A stretch of 55,965 nucleotides of DNA, the filler included, from Asterionella formosa (taxonomy: Eukaryota): NCBI GenBank assembly GCA_002256025.1. It is 4 parts of 4 records of this genome, joined end to end, with 100 filler letters (N's around TTAATTAATTAA, not from the genome) between each part and the next. Parts side by side here need not be neighbours in the genome. Positions count along the whole stretch, not along the records: positions 28,046 to 41,957 come from NKIB01006313.1; positions 42,058 to 55,965 come from NKIB01006317.1; 2 more parts are not named here. One strand, 5' to 3'. The notes below the pieces were generated by a model, which searched no databases, was not told the DNA's origin, and saw only the letters and a list, made by a program, of their open reading frames with translations. Every line of letters begins with the position of its first letter. The stretch's first letter is position 1. Positions 35,109-47,778 of this stretch are shown here, piece by piece. A program made the translations under genes and the position numbers.

Positions 35109-36260
35109 ATGCTCACTTTGCTGGCTCAATCAATTCAACAAATCTCAAATCCAACCATGGCTGACGTTGACGCAGCAGCAGGAGGGCACGCCCCAACCCT
35201 AGAAGGGGACAGGGGAAACAATGTTCCCATGAAGAAGCGCAAAATGACCGAAGAGCAGTCGGACGATGTTCCGCAAACGACGGACTTCGGGACGAGCTAC
35301 GATGCCAAGCATACCAAGGCGTACGACGCACCTCCTTCGACCTTCGAGGCCGCTGCGAGTGCCGACCAAGATGGCGGTGGAGGCGCAAGCGCTGGCCCTC
35401 AGCCGATCAAGAGAGCCCCCATGCCCAAGGCACGGGAGATTCGCTTGGAACAGAACCGGAAGGCTGCTCGGGAGTCAAGGCGGAGAAAGAAGGTCATGAT
35501 CGAGGAGCTCCAACGAAGTGTCATCTTCTTCTCACGCGCAAATGGAACGCTCAAGCAGCAGAACGACGAACTCTCACGGCACTTGATGCAGGCGAAATCT
35601 CAAGTTGCCTCCATTGAGTCCGGCCAGCACCAAGCACAAGTTAATAGCCAGGAAGCTGCTGCCAAAGCACAATCCGAGGCGGCGAGTCAGCAACATCACT
35701 ACGCCAGTGCTTCGAATGTTTCTCAACAGGTGCAGGCAAACACGGTTGCTACTCAAGCCATGTACGAGAGCCAAGGCTTTCCTCCTGGTGCGGCTCGTTC
35801 GGCAGCACAAACCATGAACGCCTCAGCCCCGCCTGTGCAAGCTCATCCCGGAAACCAAGTCACATACAACCATCCGGCGCCAGCACCTGCTAATCCTCAG
35901 GTTTTGCCACCCATGCAGCCTGGTGCCACCATGCAGGCCATGGCCAACTTTCAGCAGGCGGCCACCGCCGCAATGCAGGCGGCCATGGGGATGAACCAAA
36001 CTGTCGCGACTCATATACAGCAACCGCAAGCGGCTCAAGCTCAACAGGCATACATGGATACCATGAATGCATTCATGCAACAACAAGCGGCTGCTGCCGC
36101 TGCTGCCGGACATCAGTATGTCATGGGAATGAACCCACAGATGCAGGGCATTCCTATGCAAATGATGCCACAGGCCATGATGGCTGGTCCTCCCATGACA
36201 TGGGCGCCTGCTCAACAGCAACAACAACAGCCACAGCAGTCTCACCAACATCAGTCATAG
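35109..36260 (+). CDS. bZIP transcription factor with a Gln/Ala/Met-rich C-terminal region (start may be the ATG at 35157)
   Basis: Basic region RLEQNRKAARESRRRKK followed by zipper IEELQRSVIFFSRANGTLKQQNDELSRHL; intronless, GC-rich coding bias. Confidence 0.9.
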   Translation: MLTLLAQSIQQISNPTMADVDAAAGGHAPTLEGDRGNNVPMKKRKMTEEQSDDVPQTTDFGTSYDAKHTKAYDAPPSTFEAAASADQDGGGGASAGPQPIKRAPMPKAREIRLEQNRKAARESRRRKKVMIEELQRSVIFFSRANGTLKQQNDELSRHLMQAKSQVASIESGQHQAQVNSQEAAAKAQSEAASQQHHYASASNVSQQVQANTVATQAMYESQGFPPGAARSAAQTMNASAPPVQAHPGNQVTYNHPAPAPANPQVLPPMQPGATMQAMANFQQAATAAMQAAMGMNQTVATHIQQPQAAQAQQAYMDTMNAFMQQQAAAAAAAGHQYVMGMNPQMQGIPMQMMPQAMMAGPPMTWAPAQQQQQQPQQSHQHQS

Positions 36261-36901
36261 ACTCTGTTTTTCTTAGGGAGGAAGATCAATGTTTAGATGG
36301 GAATATATATATTTCGTTTTTTAGAAATATATGCTTTGTAAATCACAGTTTATCCTTTGTGACATGTATGCTCATTACGAAATATATAGTTAAGTAGAGA
36401 ATCCATCCCCCATATCACAGATTGGGATGAACAAAATATAACCTGATCCATGTTTGTTGATTAAACCACCACTAACTTGGAAACAGTATCATGATGTTGG
36501 AGATCAATTGATGAAGGTTACAATAATTCCCAAAACTACGGGTATGCATATTGATTCTTTTGTCAGTCACATCATTGTGTATGTAACGGATGCATGGAAT
36601 AAAACTACCAGGTACCCCAAGTCAAATAAAGCTAGTACAATGGAATAATTTGGCGACATTGGGTGTGCTTCGAACTACCAAATCAATTTGTGCCATAATT
36701 ATTTCATCACAAATATTCTTTTGTGATATAATATTGCCATTGCACTCTGATACTCAAATTATTTTAGATTACCGGTACTTATCTGACAGTAAAAATAAAT
36801 TTGACTATTATTTATAACAGTTAAACTTTCATAGGGATGCTGCATCTCTTGTTCATTCTAAATGAGTTTCATAATTTCACCATCATTGGCCACTGACCAT
36901 A

Positions 36902-37800
36902 TTGGCTGTCCTGTCACCTCATGATGATGATGATGATGATGATGACATGATCATCACATTGCTACTGCTAGCAACATATGATCTAGCAATAAACAAGACG
37001 CCATTATTTCATGAAAATTTGACTGTTGCTGAGGTCAGAAGAAGACGAAGCAGCAAAATCTGGCACCGTGCACTACAGCATCCATTGTCAAGTCCATTCT
37101 GGACTTTGTCAAATAGCAAGCATGATGATGCCCTCATCACATTGTGTGGGTTCGATCCCTTTACTCCCTGTAGGGAAAAACGGAATTCATTGTCAGGAAT
37201 TCAACAGCAAAATCTGGTCGGCCCAGACTCTTGTGTTCCATCAGTTGTCTGGCACTTTGGCTGGCATGGACTAGAACTTGTGGATCTTACTATATGATTC
37301 TTCAGATCATTTTCGGCTTAACTCACGGTTCCTCGAGCATTTGGTTGCAGTGTTTAAGGCAGATGATTGTCAAAGTCCTTCTGATTAATGAAGATGCCAT
37401 TGTTCATCTAGTACCTACAGCAGCCGAAACCACTTTATTTGCATCCTTGATTCATAAGAAATGCATAACTTTTGATAATGTTTTGTTGGGGACCGAGCAT
37501 TGGATGGTTTGAAACTCAATCTGCAACCAGCTGGAAATGAAACACAGCAGAACAATTGCTACAATGGGTAGACTCATGAACACCATCTGACAAACTTGTT
37601 TCTTTTTTCTCCTGATGAAAACCTCCTTGTTGCTCTTATTTTAATGTGCCTGGTGTTCTCCACAACTCAACAATGGCCATTTCGTCCTCTATATATGACC
37701 AAATTGAAACTGTTTACAGTGAAACGGCTAAGAAAGTTGTTGTAGACTCTGTATTTTCATCAAAGAAGTCTCATGCAATGATAAATCAAACCAAAACAAT
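36902..37800 (+). pseudogene. Degraded PIF/Harbinger (DDE_Tnp_4-like) transposase
   Basis: Frameshifted fragments HDDALITLCGFD, CLALWLAWTRTCGS..LQIIFGLT, DGLKLNLQPAGNETQQNNCYNG, NLFLFSPD, NVPGVLHNSTMA and VVVDSVF match the order of Harbinger DDE motifs. Confidence 0.7.
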
Positions 37801-38176
37801 GTGTTGACATAAATGGTAACCCTTGTAAAATATTTGGCTTAAATTGTCAAGCAACTTCAGTCATTTGTTTTACCTGCTCTGAAACCACAGGAATCAAGGA
37901 AATCTCTGAAATTGCAAGAAGTTTGGAACAAATACGGAAAGATAATTTAATGCCGCCGTGCCTCCACATCATTCATGGAAATCAATTGGGTGGGACGAAA
38001 AACTAACAAGCAAACATTGATAAGCTTACAAGAATAATATCAATGATAATATAGTATGATATACTAGCTAAGTTATTAAGTTTGTTTCACAAATTAAAAT
38101 GTATCATGTTAATCTTTCATGTGAGATGAAAGATATCCTAACAAATGATGACATAGGATGATCCCAATGGTCCTTT

Positions 38177-39192
38177 ATTTACTTTTCACTCCCAAATCTC
38201 CTAAGATGGTCCATACCGTTTCCTCTGGGATTTCACTTCTCCATATATCAAGTGCAGTTCTATATGCGTCTACAAACGCTTTCAATTTGCGTCCAGAAAG
38301 GCTATCATCAGTTACAAAATACCTTTTCAACTTTTTTGTCACCTTTTATGGATCCAGAAATTTTACCAAGAGGTGCATGATTATACCATTTGAAGGCAGA
38401 TACTTTTTCATACATTTCTTGCATCATGGATTCTATGTATGCAACATCTACCTTCTTGAGCAAATAATTGCAAGGAACTCGTCCAAATACTTCGTTCAAC
38501 ATTTTCAAACTAAATAAGAGCTCAGTATGTTGACTACATTGGTGGTCAGATACAACAGAGAACAAATTGTCAGTTCGATCTGTTGCTACCTGACGTTTTA
38601 AAACTTTCCAGGACTCCGTGTCCAAACGGAATTGTGCCCGGTTGCCAAGAATTTTGGTTTTACCATTCCTTTCTAATTGCAATAGAGTTTCAAACACTTT
38701 CACAATTGTAAATGGTCCACATGATCATCCACTATCGTCTTCTGGTTGAAATAACATGGAATCAAGTGGTTCAGTGGCCATATTGACCTGCTATGGTGCT
38801 TTGGTGCCAGTAGAGAGCGAATGATTCAGACAGACCCATATTTTCTGGAAGGAAGATATCCTGTATCGAAGCCTAAAAATCCAAACCCTTGGTGCATCCA
38901 GGGATGATGCATTACTTGCGGGCAAGGTGAAATACTTGATCATAATGTTCATCCACAATTGCATCTTTTCCTGGATCAAGGACTTGACATAATCCATCAC
39001 AAAATGGTTGTTTTTCTCCTTGTATGGTCTTTTGCAATAAACAATTAGCACATAGTTACTTTTATGATGAAGTGGACAACAATCACCTTGGTATATATAA
39101 GGATTGTCATCAACCATGTCTGGGTTCTCATCCAGATCAAATATAACCTTTATATCAGCTGGATGAAATTCATGAATTATATAATGGATCAC
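38177..39192 (-). pseudogene. Decayed gene with a possible Ulp1/C48 cysteine-protease motif, probably transposon-borne
   Basis: ORFs 39192-38791 and 38703-38308 share one frame across two stops. The bridge reads LFQPEDDSG*SCGPF, like the Q-x-D-x-x-x-C-G catalytic motif. Confidence 0.35.
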
Positions 39193-40404
39193 GTAGGTAA
39201 TTGTTTCAAGGTATCAATATGCAAGGCAGATCTTTAAAATGATGAGGTCATTTCTTTGTTGGTCTTGGAGAATTGTTGGGATGTGTGGTTGCATAAGGCA
39301 ATGATGTAGGGTAATGAAGGGGGCCTTTATACCAGCGGCAAGTACTGGAGGACAGGGAAAGAGATATGGGGGCTGGGATGCAAAGGGATATGATAGGTTC
39401 AACAGTCAGTCTGTATGAGCGAGCTAGTGGTTCATCAAGGACAACTTCCATGAGCACCAGACAGTTGGAGATCAGCTTCAAGTCCGATCTTCTTGTTTTG
39501 GCTGTAGTTCTCCCCAAGGTAACAAGTCACTTCGGGGAATGGATGGTGGTATTGTTGAGCTGAGATTTATGTAAAATTTTGACTAACTGATGGAAATTTT
39601 CATTGAAGTTACGCCAGCCAGGCAACAACAGTGTGTCTGCCATTAGAGTTCGTAATGATCTAGTTCCCATTTATCTTCCAGTAAGCACAACTCCGGCCTC
39701 TTCCATCAGTGGATTGACTCCACAAGTTATTTCAGGAAGAACTACAACGATAAGAACTAGTAGTACTAAGATTTCAACGATTGCAAAGAGTTCAAATGTG
39801 ATTATTCACTACCCAGACCAAGTCAAGTGAGCCACAGATTGGTACCTCCAAGAGATAAAGAGAAAGATTTATGGCTGTGGAGCTTCGGATGAAAAAGAGT
39901 GAAATCTATAAGGCTTGTATTGACCAGAACATTGCAACCCCAGAACTTTTTGGAAATGAAATTAAAGAAGGGATGATGAGGAATGATAAGAGCTACATCA
40001 TTAAGAAAGTCGAGGAGGTTGCAGCAAAGGGCGAGAGGAAACACAAAGTGGCAAAGAAGAGGATATACACAAATTTGCACAGGGACTTTACATGTTCCAG
40101 AAAAGCAAGCAAATTAGACGAAGAATCAGTGGAGAAGACATATAAAAGAATGAGTGAATATGATTTTTTCAAACGGTCAATGAACGATGTTGCAAGACAA
40201 TCGAACTTCACTCCAGTATAGTAAACACGTATTTCAACATTGACAAATTGAACATTATCAAATGGCACATGAACTAGGAACCAAAATTACAAATAATATT
40301 ATTGATCTTTCTTCGCTTCCTCTTTCGATCTATCATATTACTTGTGAAACTGCGTTAATAGCCAATATTTTAGGGGAGTTCATCATGGGCGGCAGATCCC
40401 ATAT

Positions 40405-40818
40405 TTTCGACTCACTAAGGCGACATGCATTGAAAGTAAAAATATACAACAGCTGTTTCTAAACAAATTTACGAATTCAATCGTTGACAGACACTCAGCC
40501 TTTGCTTCTTTTTCTATCCTGTAGTTGCTAGAGTTTTCGCTGTAGACTATTTGTAGCCGCTCCGAAAAGGAGGAGGCCATTTCGTCACATCTCAATTTCG
40601 ACTTACCAAAATGGCGACATGCAGCCATTGAATGTTAAAATATGCAACAGCTGTTTCAAAACAAATTTACGAATTTGATCGTTGACAGGTACTCATCTTT
40701 TCCTTATTTTTCTATATTGTAATTGCTAGAGTTATTGCTGTAGACTATTTGTAGCGGATTCGAAAAGGAGGAAGCCAGTGCGGTACATCTCAATTTCGAC
40801 TCACTACGGCGACATGCA
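40405..40818. repeat. Diverged tandem repeat, ~191-198-bp unit, ~2.1 copies
   Basis: TTTCGACT...GGCGACATGCA starts at 40405, 40596 and 40794. Internal blocks CAACAGCTGTTTC, GCTGTAGACTATTTGTAGC and CGAAAAGGAGGA are conserved between units. Confidence 0.85.
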
Positions 40819-41367
40819 AGGCTCAACAATTCTCAACAAGGATCAACGATGCTACAATGCTATATTCCTAATCTGGCTGGCTATTGTAAACTCTACAATC
40901 AACAATGACTAAACAATGTGCTATATTGTGTCTAATAATACATGCAATGAATCAACTGCGTGAATCTTCCCCTTGCATGTGATGTTCTTTGCCAGTTCAG
41001 ATCAAAGAAATATGCTGGAGCGGAAAAATAATAAGTGAATTGGAAATGGTGACTCTTTCTTTCATTATAGGGTGAAAGCAGTATAATATTGCTGCGGAGC
41101 TGCATAATTTCGCTATTATACTGTAGCGATGGCTAGTTGGTCAACATACACTATTGTCGTGAACACACATCATAATTATTCGATAAGTGAAAATTTTTTA
41201 AAACCTGAATAAATGACGGAAAAAGTAACATAATATTTTAGAAGAGTAGCATAAATTCATCGGTTTAGACAGAAATTCGAAAAGATGCCGTAAACGACAT
41301 CTTACTGTCTTTACAACCCTTGCGACGTTTTCTACAAGATAGGGTTAAGCCGGAGCCGCAACCTTAA

Positions 41368-41843
41368 GAATGCTGCATTTGAAACCCTACATAGGCAAAA
41401 ATTAAAATATTGCTTAGGGTTGGCAAAATTCCCTGGAATTAAAAATATGATTAGCAATTTTTGAATGACGTGATTCCATTTGAAATATTTAAATCAGTGG
41501 AAATTTTCGAATACATACTTAGATTCCTTTTCGAAATCGCTAAATATATATATATAAACATTGTACATCGCTGAATGTACTATATATACCCTAAAATACA
41601 ATCAACATATATGCTTCAACACTCTATACTCCAATTGACGATTTTATGTTCTAACAATGAATCCGTTCGAATATTCAAATCACTGAATATATATAAATTT
41701 AGATTCTCCATCACTTTATGTTTATATACCGGTACTACAATCTATACTCCGATCGACAATTCTGGTGTGTCATGCACTCTACCCGCTCCGATTGACTCAA
41801 TTTTTAAACCCTACCTCGAGCTAGGGGTTCAAATGCAGCAACC
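41368..41843. mobile_element. Internally deleted copy (~476 bp) of the TTAA-flanked DNA transposon at 14787-16011
   Basis: TTAA|GAATGCTGCATTTGAAACCCTA ... CCTACCTCGAGCTAGGGGTTCAAATGCAGCAACC|TTTAA. The first ~390 bp align with 14787-15180. Confidence 0.9.
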
Positions 41844-41957
41844 TTTAAGGCATCGCTCGGGAGGCTTGTCCAAGACTGCATGGGCACGACTCCGTAAACT
41901 GGTTGGGGCACGAGTAAAATCCTCCTGCTGGCAGTATGCATAGTACAAGGTACCAGG

Positions 41958-42057
41958 NNNNNNNNNNNNNNNNNNNNNNNNNNNNNNNNNNNNNNNNNNN
42001 NTTAATTAATTAANNNNNNNNNNNNNNNNNNNNNNNNNNNNNNNNNNNNNNNNNNNN
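41958..42057. other. Artificial scaffold linker
   Basis: N-run with a central TTAATTAATTAA. Confidence 0.95.
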
Positions 42058-42152
42058 TACATATATTCATATACATTAAATAAAAATGAAAACATTCCCG
42101 ATTTCACGACAACGACAGGTCGTGGCAAGACAAGCAAAGCACCATTGCCACC

Positions 42153-45100
42153 ATGTCATCTGAAAGTACTCCTTTGATTCCTTGCAGCATCGAGGATGCC
42201 AGAACAACAGCGATAACAACGTCCCGTCGTGAACATGTCTTTAGCTTTTTGGAGGCCCAAACTCCTGGCGGTCGAATCTACGAACGGTTCACTGTGGTGT
42301 TGATTGTCCTCAATGTGCTGGCCTTTGTACTTGCCACACTCTTTGTTCAAGACTACAATCCAGAGCCATGGGCGATGCGGGAGGGGGGAATTTGCGGCAA
42401 TCTTTGTGATGCACTTTGGTTTGGGAATTACCCAGACAATGGGCTGGAGTTTCTGAACATGGGGACCACGTCTGTATTGGAAATAGTGACTGTTTTCATA
42501 TTCACTGTGGACTATTCGTGCCGAGTGTGGACGGCGGATTTGGAGAGTGACCTCTATCAAGGTGTTATGGGTCGATTGAAGTACCTTCCTACGTTTTACA
42601 GTTTGGTGGATTTGGCGTCAACAGTGCCCTTTTACATCGATGCCTTTGTATTAATACACAGTGATCTGGTGGCGTCTCAGGTATGTTTATTTTCTATGAA
42701 ACGCCATGGCTTTTGTTTTGGATTGTGGCCACTCTCAAGGCACTGCCAATGTTTCTCCTCTCTCACACGCACATATTAACACATCATCCAAACAGTTCCT
42801 CCGAATGTTCCGGCTCTTTCGGATGATGCGTGTTGAAGGAAGGTACGATACTGCTCTCACCATGTTTGATGATGTTTTTTATGAACAACGTGGGATTCTT
42901 GGGACTGCCCTCTTTGTTGGTGTAACGACATGGATGACAGTCAGTTCCTTGTATTACATGTGTGAACGAAGATCGAATGACATGATTTATTGCGGAACAG
43001 CTCCCGATTATTGCGGTGATACAGATGACATTGATGTTAGCTTATGTGTGATTGACTTTTGGGGAATTACAGATTGTACAGAAGCGGGGTGTCCTCCAAC
43101 GGATGGCGTACCAGAACCTTGTTACAACCTGTATAAGAGCATCCCCATGGCATCCTACTACAGTTTGCTAAACTTGTTTGGAGAATTTCCTCTGATTGAT
43201 CAACATAATGTAGCTGGGAAGATTGTGGGGTCCATGGTGGCGATCGTCGCCGTTGCTTTCTTTGCTCTCCCAGCTGGTATTATCGGTGAGTCATTTTGAT
43301 TTCCTGTTGTCGAAATAACAATTTCTTTTCTCTGCCTATACTCACCATTATGGTCACGTGACACATGGTGAATACATCCATATTTTATTCACTGCACCCC
43401 CAGGTAATGGATTTGAAGACTTGATTAATCGTCGTCGTGAGGAGCAAGGCCGCGGCCATTCCGGTCCAATTGAAGAAAAAGGGGGAATAACGGATGGATA
43501 TTCTGCCGACAACGGATCCTTTCGGGGACGATGCTATAACTTTTTTCATGCCCATACCACCAATAGCGCAAAAGCCTTTGACAATTTTATCAATGCTCTG
43601 GTATTGGGAACCGCCATTACGTTTATGATTGGGACTGTCGCTGCTATTTCGGCCACACAAGTCCGCATGAGCATGGATGTCTTTGAATTCTTGAGTGTCA
43701 TGGTGTTTACTGTAGAGTACACCCTTCGTGTTTACTCGGCAGCAGAAGACCCAAAGTACAATGGAGCTGGTGGGCAATTCAAGTATATGTGTACGTTCTT
43801 AGCAATTGTAGATTTGTTGACTGTGGCTCCGTATTGGCTCCAAGTTGGGTTTACGGGCCAGTTTGTGGAGATCGATGCCGACTCGTCGTGGTCGGTCCTC
43901 ATCAAGTGTTTGCGTCTTCTCCGTTTGCTTCGATTCGAAAAGTACACACACGCATTCACATCCTTTGATGACGTGATTTCGCAAAATTTGGATGTCTTGG
44001 CAGTGACTGGGTTTACTGCTATCCTTTTTTGGATATTCTTTGCGGCTATTTTGTATTTTACAGAACGTAATAGTCGAGACTCGGAAATGGCAAGCAATTA
44101 CAAAACTGTACCAGATGCCATGTGGATGACACTGCTCAACTTATCAGGAGAATCCCCCTTGGCACAGTATAGTGTGTATGGCAAGTTCATCACGGGTATT
44201 CTCGGCCTGTTTGCAACTGGTTTGTTTGGGATACCTATTGGTGTATTGGGCGCAGGTTTTGAACAGGTCATTGGAGCCGAAAATGAAGATACTCCCGATG
44301 AACCAGAGGAAGTCGACGAGACTCGTGTGTTGCCCATTGTGGGAACTGCATTCGAAAACTGGTGTTTTAATTTTGTCAACGGAGTTGGTTCAACAATGGC
44401 TAAGTACTTTGAACTTGGAATTTACTTTCTCATTTTTCTGACGGTGGGTGTCGGTATTTGGCAGACTGTTGAGGGCCACGATAACGATTTTCATCAAGCC
44501 GAGTGGGTGGCTGTCATTATCTTTACCGTTGAATACTTGATTCGTCTCATTGGGGTTGGAGCTGATCTCCAATTTGCCAAAGGTCGCAATTGGTTCACTT
44601 CCAGGGTTCGTTTCGTTATTTCGTTTTACTCCATTATTGATTTGCTCGCGATTCTACCCTTCTACATTGCAGCTGCCGCTCCGTCGTCTTGGGTTAACGA
44701 TTACGATGAAATGATGCGCATGTTCCGTTTGCTTCGACTTCTCAAATTGGACAAATATATTCCAAGTATCACGTTGATCGATGATGTGATTCGGCTTAAA
44801 CGAAAATCCTTGGTTGTGGCAGGATTTGCTGCAGGAACTCTATGGGTGCTCTTTTCAGCAATGATTTACGTCACTGAGTACAAGGACGACGTCAATGACA
44901 TCGACCCTGTTCCATTTTATGGTTGCTTCGGTAACTGCACAATGTCGGATCGATTCCAGAACTATTTTGACAGCATGGTTTACACTGGTGTTCATTTAAC
45001 TGGGGACTATCCCATAACAACATACAGTTGGCCAGCTCGGTTTGTCAACTTTTTCATGGTGATTGCAGCAGTTGGTGTAGTTTCCGTTCCTTCTGGTTTG

Positions 45101-46186
45101 ATTGCGAATGGCTTTGTTTCACTTGTTCAATCCAAGGCAAAGCGAAAAGCTGGCGATCTCTCAGGAGACATTGGTGACGACTGGTACGAACATCGATTGC
45201 GTGAAATCCGCTGTGAAGCAATACCCCTATCTCGATGGGGACCGACAGTAGACAAGTGGCAAATTGCCGTGAACGAGTATTTAAACGGACGAGAAGATGG
45301 ATCTAGGTCGTCATTTTCTCGAAAGTCCCGAGCTTTGATCTTTACTGTGATTGTCTTAAACGTGGCAGCCGTCCTAGCAGAGTCTGTCCCTGAAATAGAC
45401 CGCTACGTAACCAATGCACCAGGGAATTTTTTCGATGTGTTTGAAACTTTTTCCGTCTTTATCTTTGCTACGGAATACGCCCTTCGCCTGTTTTGTGCTC
45501 CAAAGAACTACGAATCTCTCTGTTCCAGCTTGGTCTACGCAACCACCTTTTTCGGAATTGTCGATTTCCTATCTACTGCTCCATGGTTCATAGAGCGAGC
45601 CTTGATTCACTTCGATGTTATTTCCCCTGACTCGGATGCAGCCATGATGTTCCGCATCTTCCGAATATTTCGAATGCTCCAAATGGAAGATTTTATCGTT
45701 GCCTTTAGCAAGCTCGACAACGTTTTTCGAGCATCCAAGGATGTATTTAAGGCGACAGGCCTCATGGCATTAATTGTGTGGGTCGGTTGTGGTGCCTTGT
45801 TCTTTCTCTTTGAGGAAAACAATCCGAACTGGAGATCGTGTGATTCATCGATTCCAGCACATTCGGCCAACCCCAAGATTCCCGGTTGCTATGACTTTCA
45901 CAGCACGACCGCATGTAACAACTTTTACCCCGGCATGTGCGAACAAAAGGCGTTCACCAATGTACCGAATGCATTATACTACACTGCTGTTTTCCTTGGT
46001 GGGGAGTGGGGTGTCATTGATTTTACATGGCCTGGGCGAATAGTCTGTCTGTTCTTGTGTGTGGTTGGAATTGGGTTGTATGCTATCCCCGTCGGTACTC
46101 TCTTTGATAGTTTCGGTGCTATCTTGGGTCTTGGAGGCGACAATGAGGATGAGGAAGAAATGGAAGGAGGTAATGAGAAGGAGTAG
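42153..46186 (+). CDS. Four-repeat (4x6TM) voltage-sensor-containing cation channel with Kv-like domains, 3 exons (42153-42680, 42796-43285, 43404-46186), 1266 aa
   Basis: GT-AG introns 42681-42795 and 43286-43403 give one continuous frame. Each of four repeats has S2 F[TA]x[ED]YxxR, S3 [IV]D[LF]xxxxP[FYW], an Arg-rich S4 (RMFRLFRMMR, KCLRLLRLLR, RMFRLLRLLK, FRIFRIFRM), a pore helix and an S6 PxG motif. Confidence 0.88.
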
Positions 46187-46346
46187 AAGAGTCGTGAGGA
46201 GGAAATTTTTGGACGAGGAAAAAATGTTGTTTCAAGTGCTCTATAATACTGATTCGTACCACATTACTGCCCACCAGTTCTTACACAAAAACACAAATAA
46301 GCGACGTGAATAATGAATAATACATAGGCGAGATTTAAATGTACAA

Positions 46347-47778
46347 CTATGGCATAATACTGGATGGGGGCATCCTTGTGGGATCTGTCAAATGCTTTCG
46401 TCCCAACTCAGGGGCTTCATCTGCCAGAGGTGGCCATTTTCCACCTGCCATGCAATGTTCCACTTCGGAGATGGTGCGTGGACACATGGTAAAATTATAA
46501 AAGCCATTACTGGTGACACAAAACACATCTTCCAATCGAACCCCTCCAAAGCCTCTATATTCTTTCAATACATCGGCATTCAAAAACTTGCTGTGAACAG
46601 GGGATGCCAAGGCTTCGTCTAACAACCAATCAATAAAGTAACACCCCGGTTCATTGGTCAATACCATGGATTCTTTCAAGATCCTAGCCGTTCGTAACGA
46701 TTTGAGTCCTGGTTGTTGAATGCGTTCTGGATGGCCAGGCAAGTAGCCTCCCACATCATGCGTATCAATTCCAATGAAATGACCCAAACCGTGCGGCATA
46801 AATATGGCTCCCAATCTCATGTCAACCAAATTTTCTATAGTGGTAGTGCAGGGATCTTCCTCGACCATCACCACCCCCAAGTGTACCAATTGTGTCAAAA
46901 TGGCCCGTTCGGCCGCCTTGTGACAGTCTACCCAGCTCACCCCCGGTCGGATCATGGCCCACACGGCCTTTTGTGCATTCAAAACTGCTGTATATATTCC
47001 AGCTTGTTTTTCAGTAAAGATTCCACTTGCAGGATACGAGCAGGTAATATCACTACCATATCCAAAGTATTCAGCTCCCATATCCATCAATAACATATCA
47101 TTGGGTTGAATTTGTCGATTGTTAGGTTCTCCGGCATGTCCATAATGCAATATACTTGAATTGGGTCCACATCCACAAATGGGAGTGTAACCCACCAATC
47201 TAGATCCAAAATTAAAATATCCATAATGTCGAAATAAAGATTCACATTGATACTCCATCATAAATGGTTTCGTGTGACGCATGGTATAAACGTGTGCCAT
47301 GGATGAAATGTACGCAACATGCTCGAGGAGATTCAATTCGTACTCTGATTTGATCACTCTACATTCAGCAAGAATTGGAAATAATGTAGTTGTATCAATA
47401 CTGTGTTCCTTCATGATTTCAGACTTGAATATTGGAGCAGGATAGACATTGCCCGAATCTGAATTGGTCCCGTGCATTACGAGTAGTGCCAGCTGATGCT
47501 GTTGGTCGTCTGTGTTAAATAGTAGCCGATGTAAATATGACTCTGTATCGTCAGTGAACTGCACAAAATCCACTTGATATTTGTGTTTCCATTCATCCAA
47601 AGTGAGGATATGTCCCATAATAGTGGCATAACTCTGCGGTACTTTCGGAACGAACAAGGTCGTTCGTCCTGTTGTTGTCTCAATGGCGACAGCACAATCA
47701 GGGTCCATGACACCAGTCAACCAAAGGAAGTAAGATTCTTGACGAAAGATGGGTTCATGATCCGTGTCGTTTCTTGTC
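46347..47778 (-). CDS. PEPD: Xaa-Pro dipeptidase (prolidase, M24B), 5' part lost in the assembly gap
   Basis: FRQESYFLWLTGV, LMDMGAEYFGYGSDIT, MPHGLGHFIGIDTHDVGG, TNEPGCYF, GGVRLEDV. Confidence 0.92.
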
